Assembly: GCA_051047955.1 (NCBI GenBank)
Contig: JBPGPT010000010.1
Location: 310,001-374,000 of the forward strand
Source of the DNA: Cystobasidiomycetes sp. EMM_F5
Taxonomy: Eukaryota
Reading direction: 5' to 3'
DNA length: 64,000 nucleotides
A program made the position numbers and the translations under genes. Positions 38,301-51,218 of this stretch are shown here, in pieces; position 1 is the stretch's first letter, and every line of letters begins with the position of its first letter. The notes beneath the pieces are model-generated. The model saw only the letters and a program-made list of their open reading frames with translations, was not told the DNA's origin and did not search any database.

Positions 38301-40694
38301 GCGATATTGTGGAAGGTGTCATCAACGACCAAACCGCGCAAGGCTATTTGGTACAGCTTAGCCGTGGAATCAGAGGCAAGATCAGCTGGACGGAACTTGC
38401 AGATGACTACGACGAGGTATCACAGATGATGTTGTCTACTGGCGCACCCATCCGCTGCAAGATCATTCAGCTTGATGCAATGGCCAAGCGTATCGAGCTT
38501 TCTGCTAGGAAGACTCAGCTAGATGACGGCGATGATGCACCGCGCGACCCTCGCATTGATAGCGTTACGGATCTATCGGCCGCTTCACCCGTCAGAGGGT
38601 TCGTTCGTAGCATAAGCGACGCCGGCTTATTCCTGGAATTGGGCCGAGATGTGGTCGTCCGGGTACAGATAAGGGAATTATTCGACGAATATGTCAAAGA
38701 TTGGAAATCGCGCTTTGCAGTCGGTCAACTCGTTGACGGCAAAATTCTTTCGTGAGCTGCAGCTCCCGTCCTGCCACTTGTTTGTCGTCAACTGACTGGG
38801 CTCTTGTCAGGGTCGACAAGGATAAGAAGAAGGCAGAGATGAGTTTGCGAAAAACGTCGTCAACTAAGCGAAGTGCCGTAGACTCGCCTACAGTGGTCTT
38901 TGAAGGCTTGCACGAAGGCAAGGTCGTAAAGGGTACTGTCAAGAGAATCGAAAACTATGGAGTTTTCATACGCATCCAAGGCAGCAATATCAGCGGCCTT
39001 TGTCATAAGAGCGAGCTTGCGGAGGACAAGGTCGATGATCCAGCCAAAGTTATACAAATGGGCGCTTCTGTGAAGGCTGTCATCCTAAGCCTAGATTCAG
39101 AGAAGCAGAAAATCGCATTTTCAATCAAGCCATCCCGACTCGCCGAAGCATCGGCTGAATCCGATGAGGAAGATGAGGATACAGACGATGATGCCAACGT
39201 AATGCGCAGATTGAGTAAATTGGTCGAGATGGAACGAGGAGCGGCGTCGGACAACGAAGAAGTCTCAGAGAACGATAGCGACGATGACGATATCGAGTTC
39301 ACCCTCGGTCAGGCAAACGATACTGACAACGCTGAGGAGGCGGATTTTCAAGAAACCCCGACTCACTCAGGAAACTCAGCAATTGTCGATGAGGTTTCAT
39401 CCGCCAAGCCAAACAAAGCCCCACTAACTTTGTCAGCCTTCCGCTGGGATGGTGAATATACAGAAGTCCGTCCGATGGACGAAGTAATCGACGATGAAGC
39501 ATCAGAGTCAGAATCAGGAACGCCCGATTCAGATCACGATGAGAACAAGCGAGTCCCGAAAGACGGCATCTTGATCAACGATCGGACTGGTGACTTAGCA
39601 ACAAAAGCTCCCACAACACCTGGCGATTTTGAGCGCATGCTGATGGGATCGCCAAATTCCTCGCACTTATGGGTTCAGTTTATGTCCTACTACGTTCAAA
39701 GCTCCGATTTAGAACAAGCTCGAGCTGTAGGTCAGAAAGCGCTGAGGACGATCAATTTTCGTGAGGAAGACGAGAAGATGAACGTTTGGATGGCCATCAT
39801 CAGTCTTGAGAACGCTCTCGGCACGCAGGACACATTCGAAGCAACATTCAACAAAGCCATTCAGGCTAACGACGATAAGCAGATCTACCTGCGTACGGTC
39901 CAAGTTCTTGAGCAAGCTGAAGATTTCGAAGTTCGTAAATTCCATTCTACTCAGCATAATGAGGCTAAGTCACATCGAGTACAGAAGACTGAGCAGCTTT
40001 TCGAGCGTCTGGTCAAGCGGTTCAATACTAGCTCCAAGTGCTGGACTGCATACGGCCAGTTCCTGCTGAACAGAGACCGAAAGACTGACGCAAGAGAACT
40101 CCTGCCACGTGCCTTGAAGAGTCTGCCAAAACGTAAACGTACGTCTGCCCATCAGTCTGTTGCTGCCTCGCCTGACTTTGACCCGCGGGTCTCAGATATC
40201 AAGACCATAACGCAGTACGCGATCATGGAGTTCAAGGCAGGAGAGCCAGAACGTGGGCGAACCGTTTTCGAGGGAATAGTCGATACATACCCCAAACGCC
40301 TTGATCTATGGTGGATATACATTGACCAGGAAATTCGCTTGAAAAATACCGTTGGCGTCAGGCAAGTCTTTCCCGTGAACCCCCAAGTAACGCACTAATG
40401 CATCCTCAATCGCAGAGCGTTATTCGAGCGCGTCATGCTTCAGAAACTTTCGAGCAGTAAGTCACTTTATGCTGAACATACCAATGCCAGCTCACGCGCA
40501 CACTATCAGAAAAAACCAAATCTCTCCTGAAGAAATGGCTTGCGTTCGAGAAGCAATTCGGAGATGCCGATGGCGAGCAAAGCGTGAAGGATCGTGCAGT
40601 AAGCTCGTACTCCTGCAAAGAAACGCTGCCGCCCTCGAAGCTAATTCGTACTCAATAGGTTGCGTACGTGCAAACCCTGCGGGAAAATGCCTAA
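35374..40694 (+). CDS. RRP5: rRNA biogenesis protein Rrp5 (tandem S1 domains plus C-terminal HAT/TPR repeats)
   Basis: EVDFPRG N-terminal motif; multiple S1 repeats (SVEDNGYVLDFG, GTVKRIENYGVFI); FERMLMGSPNSSHLWVQFMSY; ALRTINFREEDEKMNVW; YPKRLDLW; final exons KKWLAFEKQFGD...VAYVQ. Stop codon at 40692-40694. Confidence 0.96.
40362..40415 (+). other. Non-canonical GC-AG intron in RRP5
   Basis: AG|GCAAGT donor, CTAAT branch site, CGCAG acceptor. Removing it restores VGVR-ALFERV, the conserved HAT-repeat sequence. Confidence 0.8.
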
Positions 40695-40908
40695 TCGAGA
40701 TTTGTGTACCTTTGCAGTGTGTTGTTGTATGAGAATAGCGAGGCTTTCAGGAGTCGGAGTGCAGTATCCTGGACTGTCTGTGGGCTTACAAGTGTGATCT
40801 ACAACGATATTTTCGCAATTCAACTGCTCGCGACATCCAAGACTACACTTTGTTCGTAAGCTCAAGCTGATAATTTACATGAGAAAATACTGCATTATGT
40901 GCCAGTCG

Positions 40909-43900
40909 TTACGTGGGTCGCGTGCGGTGTGTAGTACTTGGCTCTGGAGCCACATGGTCTAAGGTTTGCGACTCCCTCTTTCCGCTCAAGCTATAATCTG
41001 AGCCAGCGTCGGATCGGCTATCACTGCGGGACCCAGCCTTCCAACGGGCCGTCTCCCTGTCAACGTGCTCATTCGAGTGACCAATGGAGCTGGAGACGGC
41101 TTCGACTCCACCACTACTCTCGATGTGATCAAGCCTGTATTGGAAGTTTAAGGTTGTATTCTGGCTTCGCCTGCAAGGGAGACTTACAGCAAGGTGATCT
41201 TCGACTCGGCCTCTTGACACCGCTGCTCGAGCGCGGCATTTTCGCGCTTGAGCCACTCCATGCGGCCAGCAGACGAGGCAATGTCTTTCTCCAAACTGTC
41301 TTCAGTGTCGTGCCAAGGCTCACTTGGATCCGCTTTGTGACCTTCAGCTGGGGTGCGCGAAGTTTTCAAAGTCTGCAATTTTTCATTGAGCTGCTTGTTT
41401 ATTGCCAATGTCTCGCTGACTCTCGTGCGAGCTTTCTCGAGCTCGATCGATAAGTGCTCGATATCAGCTTCGCATTCTGCGATCCTATCAGATGAATCTG
41501 TCTTATGCCGCGAGAGAGTCTGATCGTATTCGGCTTGCAGTTTCTTCATCTTTTGCTGTAATTCCTCGTTGTGACTTGAGGACGCCTCAGAGCTTTTGCG
41601 GAGCTCAATCAATTGCGAGCGCAGCCCATCTAGTTCCGGTCGTAGCTCGGCAGACATTGTCCTGGAATGTGTTGACTCGGTTGGTGATTTAGAGGCCAAT
41701 TCATTCTCTAGTGCTTCATTGCGTTCTTTATATTTGACTAGCTCATCCTTCATACGTCGCATCATCTTCTCGGTCCTGATTGTATGTCAGCTTGATACAG
41801 AGAGGAACAAGAGTATGCTACTCACCCCTTTACGTACTGTACGGCTTTCAAATGGGTTGACTCCAGCTGAGCGTACTTGTCCTGCATTGTTGTCAAAGCA
41901 GTTTGAGCAGTCTGCGCTCTTGCCAAGGCGTCTTCCGAAGCTCCTCCACTTGACGCGGCTATTTTGAGCTGCTCAATCCGACTACTGAGTTCGTCGATCT
42001 GCTCTTGCGATACTCTGGCTCGGTGACGCGCTGCTTCTGCTTGTTGTTTCGATTGCTCGTGCACGTTTTGCAAGTCTTGCAAACTTTGCGTTCGTTGCTC
42101 AAGTCGCGCTTCTAAATCGGCAACCTTTCGCTTGAGGCTGTTACCGCTCTCGCTGGAACCCAGCGAAGGTGAGCCATTATCATCGGCGTTCAGGCCATTC
42201 TCGCTGAGCAGATTCCTCAGCAGACCAGCACGGACTTCGACAGCTTCCAGACTCCTTGCCCTCTCTCGAAGATCAAGATCCCGTTGTGCGACCAGCGTCT
42301 GTGATCGAGATGCCGATTCCAGTGCGCTAGCGTGGCGCGTGCGTAAACCCGCTAACTCGCTGCGCAACAGAGCAACCTGTTTCTCCAGACTGATCTGTTG
42401 AGCTCGGCTGTCACGCAATTCCGTTTGAACCGCAGTTGCCCTAGATTGTGCGTCTTTAGCCAATCGTTGGTGGGCTTTGCATTCTTGCTGAATAGCGTCC
42501 AATTGTTCAGCATGTGTATCAGAGTAGGACAGATCGCGAGTCTGGATTTCCCGGCTAGATTCGAGCAGATCTGACAGGTGCCCGGAGGCAAGGTGTCGCA
42601 GGGATTCTGCTTCGGTCTGGCTGGACACTAGTGCGCGTTCCATATCCTGCTTTTCGGTTTGAATGATTCCAATCTGCTGATGGACGCGTTGTAGATCATT
42701 CTCAGACTGGATCGCGCGTTGTCGGTGGACTTCGAGCTCTTCCTTCGTTGACAGCCAAAGGCTCTCCATCTCCTTCGCTTGGGCGTTTGCCGACACTAGA
42801 GTCGCATGGGTCTGCTCTAATGTTCGCAAATGCTGCTCCAAAGAGCCTTCGGCCGTAGCCAATTTGTTGGAGATGTGCTTATGCTGCAATGTAACCTGCT
42901 GCAGCTGCGATTCAAGAGTCGTGATATGGCTTGTTTGATCTTGCACAGTGGACTCGTGCTGGTGTGCGCGTCGTTGAAGATCGGCAAAATCTGCAAGGGC
43001 CCTAGAGTATGACGCTTCTGCTGCCTCTGCTCTTTCGGAGGACGCTACCTCCCGCTCAGAGGCGGATTGCGCCGAGCCGCGATGATGCTCGAGTTCCGAT
43101 CGAGCTTCGTGCAAGCTGCGCTCCATTTCAGCTTTTGCAGCACCCATATCAGCAATCTTGCCTTCCAACTCTGCGATACGGCGCTGGTCCAGCTTGCTAA
43201 TGTCTGAGGATGTCCCATTCTCAAGCGCGGCTATCTTGACGCGGTAAAAGGTGGCCTCTTGTAGAGCAGCTAAACGTCCATTATTCACTAGCTGTATACG
43301 TTGCTCGGCTGCATTTGCGTTGCTGCCCAACGAAGACTATGAGGAGTGTCAGCCCGATTGTCGTGCTAGAGTGAATGCATTCTACAATGCTTGCCTTCAG
43401 TTCCGTGAGTTCGCGTCGCGCCGCGAGTAGCGCATCAATCAGTTGTCGGTTCTCGGTTGCAGATTCAAATGTAAGACTTTCCAGCCCTTCCATCTGTGCT
43501 GGCAACTCGAAACCTTTGTCGACCGCCGCCTGAAGTGCCGCTCGTAGCCACTTTTCGCGGTGAACAGCTCGTTTCGCATTTTCCGCGGCTGCCGCGTCCT
43601 GGGTGATGCGCTGACTCGGCAGTGCGTTTATTTGTCCATAGCCGTACTGATCCGGAGTCGGTGATCTGGCATTCGCTCGCAGTGCTGTTATACTTGTGTT
43701 CGGTACGGTCGAGAGTACTGTGCTGCTCATGGCCGAATGAGATCTAATTGCAGCAGTTGAAGTGTCGCCGGACGGGGTGTTTGTAATTCCCGGTAATGCT
43801 GCTGTACGACCAGTCTCTTCTGTTGGAGATAGCGCCCTCGTGGCAGTCGAAACAGCTTGTTCATCTATCGGAGATTTGGCACGCATCACAGCATCCATCG

Positions 43901-46244
43901 CGAGCGGTCGCATGTCTTTGCCCGTGCCTGCATTAGCGGATTGTGCTTCAGGCGGCGGAAATTGTGTAACGACAGCATCGATTGGCGGTGCTGATGGCCC
44001 CGACAACTTTGACCTCACGTTGCTAGCATTCACAGGCGAGGTGGCTCTGAGCTGCTCTTCTAGGCCAACCGGAGTACCAGAGCGCTCGGAAAAGGGCGAT
44101 GTTACGTTGCGCTCCTGTAATACTGGTGCAGTATTGGTCATTGGGGATGGCAGAGCGACGTTAGTCGTCGGAGCCGTAGCCATCTTTGAATGTGATGACT
44201 TTCGGTTCCCGAGACGGGCTTCCGACGGATACTTGATCTTGTTCGTGTCCAGCATATGGATCATGTCGGGCCAGGAGTGTTTGTCTGATGTGTAGGACTC
44301 GCCGCCGACTACAAAGACTTTGTTTTGCCAAGTGGCCATTGCATGACCGGACCTGCCGGATGGTGCAGGGCCCATGTTGGTAAACATGTACCACCTTTGA
44401 TCTGTGAGCGGTCACGATACGTCAATCGGTCATGACATTCGCAGTCTCTATGCATTCGTTTCCTTACTAGAGATTTTGAAGGCAGCGAGATCTTCCAGAT
44501 CTTTGCCGTCGACACTGCGTCCACCAAAGACGTAGATCACATCGTCGACTAACGTTGCTGCGTGACCTTCTCTGGGCACTGGTATATAGCCTATGCAGCT
44601 CAGCTCGTTCCAGGTGTGCGTGTGAGTGTTGAAACACCATGTATCGTTGTAATGATACTGTCCATCGGTGCCGCCGAATCTGTCGTTCCGGCTCATTAGG
44701 ATATAGTCCGTAAGTGTGGGAAGACAGGCGACTCACATGTACAAGCTGTCCCCGTAAGTGACCATTGTGTGTCCGGTGCGTTTTGCAGGAACTGGTGAAT
44801 CAGGAGCGTATTCAATCTTGTGCCAGTACGGCTTTCCAGCTTTCACTGGTTGGACGGCCAAATAAGCTTAGCCTTGCTTTGATACAAGACATACAAACTT
44901 ACAGCCTTGTAAATCAAAGCACCACAGGTCGTTTAGGAAAGCAGCATCGTCCGGTAGTCCTGGTGGCACATCCTGCTGGCCCGCGAAAATGTAGAATTTG
45001 CTGGACCGCATTGCGGCGGCATGACCGTAGCGCCCTTGCGGGACAGCTCCCACCGTCTTGACCAGCGTCCAGTCGCGCGAGCCTTTCGGGCAAACGTAAG
45101 CATATTCCAAAGTTGCGCGTCGCTGCAGCTTACCGAGGTTTAGCAAGTACAGCTTGTCATCCTGTTGATCCTCCTCTCTTGTTTTCGTATCTCCTCCCCA
45201 AATGACTAGCACATTTCCTACGGAAACTGCAGCATGTCCTACCCGAGGACACGGAACTTCACCTCGAGTTTCGACGGCCGCTATACTGACGGGCGAAGCT
45301 GCCAGTGCTTTACTATCGCTACTAGGCGTACTTTGCCCGTTCGGACCAGTGACTGTCCCGCAAGTGACGAGATACAAATCGTTTCGTACTTGCTCGCGCA
45401 CCAGTCCGCCGAAGATATACACATCCCCAGTCGCACTGGCGATTGCGGGATTTGCTGAGTGGCCATATCGTGGAAAAGGCGAGACAGTCGGTACATCTTG
45501 TGGAGGTACAGTCGAATTACCTGCGGATATGAGTTTCTGTTGCGAGACTAGCTTTATCTGCCGTTGCGACCAGGGATATGTGACCGGAGTATTGCCTGGC
45601 CCGCTGGCAGTCCCATTTGGAACTGTTGAGCTGGCCGGCTGTTGCTGAGCAGACTGCGGGCTTTGCTGATACCCCGTGCTGCTGCCATTGCTCATGTTTA
45701 AACGCGGAGACTGTTGGTAGCCGTTGCCCGGCTGTTGCGGCGCTGCGGATACTATGCCGGCAAACGGCTGGCCTGTCAGATTGGCACGAGCTGCGGAAGC
45801 TGCACCAAATGGTGGAGCTGTCGACGCGTCGGCTCTTGCATTCTGTTGCGGGTTGAAGCTGCCTGTGGGTTGTTGTGCTTGTCCAGGCGCATAACTTGGC
45901 TGATTTGCCGATATACTACTGCTGCTGCTATTACCGAAAGCGCTATTGCCGGTATTGCTGCTGTTGGCAGAATTGTAGAGTCCTTGTTGCGAGTCGGTTC
46001 CGCCAGCCAGGTACATTGTTGGCTGCTGCGGCTGCTGGTAGTGGCCATTAGTCAGAATACCATTAGGGGCTTTTGCGGATGGTTGTGGGGTGTATAGTTG
46101 CTGCTGTTGCTGCTGAAGACCTTTGTTTGTTACTGGAGAGGCGGCTTGAGCGGCCGCGGATGAAGAAGACTGTCCGGCGGTAGGATTGGGTCCATTCCCG
46201 CTCGCCGTCTCCTTGTTCTTCCTCTTGGATGTAAAGAATGACAT
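40909..46244 (-). CDS. KEL1: Kelch-repeat plus long coiled-coil cell-polarity protein (Kel1/Tea1-like)
   Basis: Probable start MSFFTSKRK. Kelch repeats: PFPRYGHS, PCPRVGHA, PQGRYGHA, FGGTDGQYHYNDTW, PVPREGHAA, MGPAPSGRSGHAM. About 700 aa of C-terminal coiled coil (ALQEATFYRVKIAALE; HLKAVQYVKG-TEKMMRRMKDEL). The start is tentative. Confidence 0.88.
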
Positions 46245-47112
46245 TATCCCGGTGCCCGACGCGCTGTTGCTGTTTAATGCAGGATTGGCGAATGGTCCAA
46301 GGTTACTGGCACTGGCGTCCGAACTGCTGGCTATCGAGCTAGAGTCGCGACTTGACGACCTTTGATGGTGCAGCAGACCTGACACAGCTGGCGTATGGGG
46401 CGTGCGGGCGTGTGATGAGCGCGACTGACTTCTAGGTGTCGGCGAGATGTGCTCGAGGTCCTCCAGCAGCGCGTCGACTGCTAGACTGCGAGAGGCCAGC
46501 TTGTTGCGCGCTGGTTACTGATGTGTACTTGTGAGCAGTATGCGACTATTGCTGCTGCTTGCGACTGCTGTTTGCGATGTATGTTTCGCCAGCAGCTTTG
46601 TCTGAATGCCTCGTTTCTTGCAGGCAGTCCCAGCCAGCGGAACTCTCTAGCAGCTCGAAGCCAGCATGGACGAGGCAGTTGCAGTCCTTGCGTTGCCTTC
46701 AGACCAGTCCTGACAGCTGTCTGAGCTGGATTGCTGCACTGTCACCGTCAAGGCTGATATCCGCAGAACCGCCTTTGTTGTCCCCCCAAATCCAATCACT
46801 GATAGAGCTGCCGGTCGTCGGTACTGCTTGTTGTTGACTTTCACCACTCTTTCGCTTCAAATGTCGCAAGAACTGTTCTGGTCAGATTGCCCAACTTGTT
46901 GTTGCTGTGATGCTCGTCTGGCATGCAGAAATGCCCTGAGTCGCGCGCGACAAGCAAAGTGTGGCGCAAATGGCTTGGATGAAATGGAATATCGCTACAA
47001 TGCAGATAAATACATGATATTCTCACGCAGCGGTTAATCATCCGCCTCCTGCGTCTCGCAACTCCCGAAACCCTATATCACCGCCAATCCCAACGTCAAC
47101 GGTTCTTCGCTT

Positions 47113-47927
47113 TCAAGCATAAGCTGCTGGAGCCCCGGCAGCAATCGAATGACGATGCTTCTTAGGCTTTGTGAACGGCCATAATCTTTGCAGTGATTCG
47201 GAAGAACCGCGGCTGTGAGTAAGACCTCGAATCAGAACGGCAAGGACGGCATACAAGCGCACAATACACCCTTACCGAATTTCGTTCGTGAAGAAGAGAG
47301 AGGCACTATCGCTGCCCGGCGCTGTGCTAAACGACGATCTAGAGCCAGTGGATACGATAGAAACGGTGTCATCCTCGTCCCTGCAATGCACGATTCGTAT
47401 AATCTCGGTTTCGGGTAGCGGTGGCGGAGTAGTCGGCTCAGACCATGAGAGTGGTGGTTGCCACACGCCCGTAGGAAGAAGACCCGAACATAGAAGCCTG
47501 TCTTTGGCGACATGCGGACCGCGCTGCTCGAAAGGTATGTGTTGATACTTTTTTGTGATGCTGTGTATGAGGGGTCGCGTCTTGATGACCAATGGAGCTG
47601 TAACTGACTTCGACGTGCCATTGCGGACCGAAGCCCAATCATACGCCGCTACATCTGCTTCCACCCGATCCTGCTCTTCTTGGGTGTATAGAATGCCAAT
47701 AAAGATGGCCTTGACTCCCATTTCGCCCACCATAGCCAGGCCGTCTAGCAGAGACACAATGTCGATAAATTGATGTAGGACAGTGAACTCTGGCTCTACG
47801 AATTCCGCGACTGTTGAAAACCACCTGTTAGTTACTGTATTGACGAATCATGTGTTCCCAGATACAGAAGCATACCTTTCTTGCCAATGTCATAGCTAGC
47901 GCTGAGGAGGACTACTGGCACACCCAT
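47113..47927 (-). CDS. Hypothetical small alpha/beta protein, paralog 1 (receiver/flavodoxin-like pattern, 3 exons)
   Basis: MGVPVVLLSASYDIGKK-VAEFVEPEFTVLHQF...KAIFIGILYTQEEQDRVE...PLVIKTRP...-RRGSSESLQRLW. It has the same two intron positions as the adjacent paralog. Confidence 0.75.
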
Positions 47928-48834
47928 GATGTGCTGAGGTGTTTAACGTGACCTTTTCGACGTTTTAGTCGTAACGCTTCTTGTATGAATGAAATGACGA
48001 GAAATCGAAGCGAACGAAAGATGCGAGCGTGTATCAAAGTCGCTTGACAGAGTGGTACATTATCGACAGCAATTGGCCTTTTCTTGTGGTCTAGTTGTCG
48101 GATAAACAGAATGTATCAAGACTTCGACAAGTGGCCAGGCCAGGCCAAAGTCTTCGAAGGTGACCGATCCTGGAATACGTCTGCTGTCGGATGACCGCGC
48201 TTAAGATAAATGTCAGTGTATCAGGGCGTGTTCCAAAGTGCTCTGCATTCTTTTGCGGGTCGTACTGTCTCCTGCCAGGAACGGCCCGCAAGCCGCTTTT
48301 GGAAACATCAGCCCACGGTCTGGAACTCGACGTCAGCGGGTGAGTAGCGGCTCTAGCGTTGCAACAAGCTTGACGCGATGTCTGCCATGCCATCATTGCT
48401 GTCGTGGGTGTGTGTACTTCCGGGAACGAGTTTCGGCTTTGGCTCTAGATCTGTGTTCGCAAGGGACTTGCATTGCAGTGCATGCTGGCAAGGGCGAGGA
48501 GTAGCAGGTAGAAAGCATGACTGACGAGTCGCTGAAGTCAGAACGGTCATCGTTGATAGGCCTCATAGTGGATTTTGTAACATTGTGTCGACGTCAGGGC
48601 GAGCTGAGAAGAACGCATGCGGGGCAGCAACTGCATTCAAATTCGACAGTTTCCATGACAAGCCTTTCCTATGCACAGCCTGTATATACAAATGGCACAC
48701 GGCATCCGCGCCTGCCTCTGCTACAAGCGACGAGACTCTTTGACTGGTCGCTCCACAATATTCAGCTACATGGACAGTCAATACAGCGCATGATATACGG
48801 ATGTACATAAGCGCGGAACGGTACTGTTAGATTG

Positions 48835-49616
48835 CTAGTTCTTGCCGTTTCCAAAGGCCTGCTTGACGCGGGTAAAGATCTGTCCCGCAGAACCACGTCG
48901 CCTGTGGATATGAGGAAAGGTCAGCGGGACTCTAAATTGGCTAAGTTGCGATCTACTGACGATAATGGAGCATCTGATGCAACGCTGGACCGACGTGAAG
49001 ACGTCTCTGCATGACCTGAGTCTCTCCGCTGGAACAGGAGGGATACCGACCCTCTTCTGACCGGTCCAGAGTCCGCACTTCCGGCAGACGCCGGCGACAG
49101 GCCTAGAAAGCAGGCCGGCGAAGGTGACTTTGGCGACACACAGCTTGTATCTCTCTTGGCCGGAATAGCTATTGGGCGGGTGTGACGATAGGATAGAGCT
49201 CGGTCCAGCAGCTCCTGCACCATTGAAGGCATGCGTTGGTCGTACGGAAGGTGCTTGAGATGCGACGACACCATCGGATCTACCGGTCGGGTCTTGATGA
49301 CTAGCGGAGAGCCATGAAGAAGTCCCTTCCAAGGGTAAGCTAAAATGACCTCCTCCACTCGAAGTTGCTCTTCGAGACTATAGATGACGCTTATGAAGAT
49401 TGCACGGATGGAACGCTCTTGTAAGGCAGGAAGACTCTCGAAAAGGTCTGGTAGCGATATAAACGTCTGTACCGCTAGATATTCCGGCTGGATGTACGCA
49501 GCCACTGCGTAGGGCCGAGCCATAAGCTTGGGTCATACTTGCAACAAACGGACACCATACGCACCCTTCTCATTTGAATCGATGTCTTCACCAAGGATTG
49601 CTATTGGACATGCCAT
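48835..49616 (-). CDS. Hypothetical small alpha/beta protein, paralog 2 (receiver/flavodoxin-like pattern, 3 exons)
   Basis: MACPIAILGEDIDSNEK-VAAYIQPEYLAVQTF...RAIFISVIYSLEEQLRVE...PLVIKTRP...-RRGSAGQIFTRVK. Confidence 0.75.
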
Positions 49617-50135
49617 CTTGCTGCCAAGCTGTAGCGATATGGTATGCTAGCGAGCTATGTAGCTCGCGCTAGGCATGTTCGAAACCGAGAATACGCCTGC
49701 GCTCGTACATCTCCTTCATGCACCAAGTGGTAGTAGTACGATGCACAGCGCCATCCTTTCGTCCGTTTGTAAATTGCCAAACAAAAGTCCCAAGTCCCGC
49801 ATCAGGCATTGATTCAGGGACAACTCTAACGGCAGATCCTGTTCATTGCCTCGGCTTTGCATTGGGCGATCAATAATGCTTGACAGAAGGCCGAATTTGT
49901 CGTGCGTCTATAGCAATTGTGGTCTCTTTGTTTGCGCATTTGTAGTCGAATCTGCTGAGGGTCCGAACAGTAAAAGCCTGGCCCCGGACAGTAGTCGAGA
50001 TGGGGTTACTGGGGTCTTGTAGCAAACAAGACTTGGTGAGATGTATCATCAAGTCATCGTGAACCTTGGGCGGATGTCAGATTGATGCCCGGTGAGAAGT
50101 GATGACGGCCTCGCGCATGGAGAGCAGTACATGTG

Positions 50136-50569
50136 TCACTTGGAGAAGGATTCCAGAACCGTCAAGGCGAAGAAGATGGCGGTCTGAGTGATGTCGGCTC
50201 TGTTGATAAGTTGAGAATACAATCCGATGCCAGCAGCGATGATTGCGAAATTGTAACCTATCTTGCGCGTTGATGACCGCAATAACAGGATGGCGGTAAC
50301 GAGATCTAGCGCGCCCCAGACTCGCTTGAGCTGCATCAGAGCGAGGCTTTAGCGTTCACACATAGGCAGAGTAGGAAGGGCAGTCGTACATCGTCGTAGT
50401 TGAGCCCGGTCCATCCAAATGCTCGATACGCGTTCGGCGTGACTTCATCGACCCATCCGAAACTCTCGGGCGTTAAGATTCCGCTGAGATGCCCCTGGCC
50501 AGTCCAGACGAACAGCAGACCTAGAAAGAGCGCGATTGCATTGCTGACTTGTGCAGACGTGCTGGGCAT
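50136..50569 (-). CDS. Small multi-pass membrane protein (DoxX-like)
   Basis: Two exons: MPSTSAQVSNAIALFLGLLFVWTGQGHL...LNYDD-LKRVWGALDLVTAILLL...GIGLYSQL...AIFFALTVL. About 4 hydrophobic segments; the LG.LF...G..H and G..D....LLL patterns are DoxX-like. Confidence 0.6.
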
Positions 50570-50647
50570 GTTGGGAGAGTCTGAAGTCAGTCCGATCAAA
50601 CGTCAAAGACGACCTTGCAGCGAGTTCGCTGCTTTCCAAAGGGCAAC

Positions 50648-51138
50648 ATGGCGAATAATGCTTCTGGCGTACAGGAGCCGGTCTGTCTTGCTATATGAAC
50701 AGATGCCGGCTCACCCGCTGATTTCCTCTGCGTCTCATTTATGCAGTTCGACCTGATCAAACTGTCGCTATCCGAAAGAGTGTTTGTCAAGTTACGAGGC
50801 GACCGGGAACTTCGTGGAGTGTTGCATGTCAGTCCCTAGTCCCTACAGCTGACGCCTTCTAGAGCCTCCAGCTGACACGCTTCTTCCTGTCAAATCCGTA
50901 CAATCTAGGCTTACGATGGGCACATGAACATGGTCTTGAGCGATGTAGAGGAGCAATTGAGTACGCTGGAAGTCGACGAGATGACAAATGAAGAGCGGAT
51001 AAGAGTGCGCTAGGATTCTTCCCGGGCAACAATCTGGGACGCTAACGACATCTCACGCAGGTGACAAAACGAAGTTATGAAATGTTGTTTGTACGAGGGG
51101 ATGGTGTAGTGCTCGTGTCTCCTCCTTCTAGAGCATAA
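50648..51138 (+). CDS. LSM3: U6 snRNA-associated Sm-like protein Lsm3 (4 exons; missed by the ORF track)
   Basis: [53 protein letters not shown]...[25 protein letters not shown]. Confidence 0.96.
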
Positions 51139-51218
51139 CCTCCCAAAGATAAGTCCAATGGAAACCCTCTATTAATACAAGCAATTTGAAGGCGCTACAG
51201 TATGGTGAGAAGGTGTTT

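Noticed and set aside
49648..49700. Palindrome GCGAGCTA-TG-TAGCTCGC followed by a B-box-like GTTCGAAACC
   Set aside because: No cloverleaf can be built and the spacing is too short for a tRNA gene.
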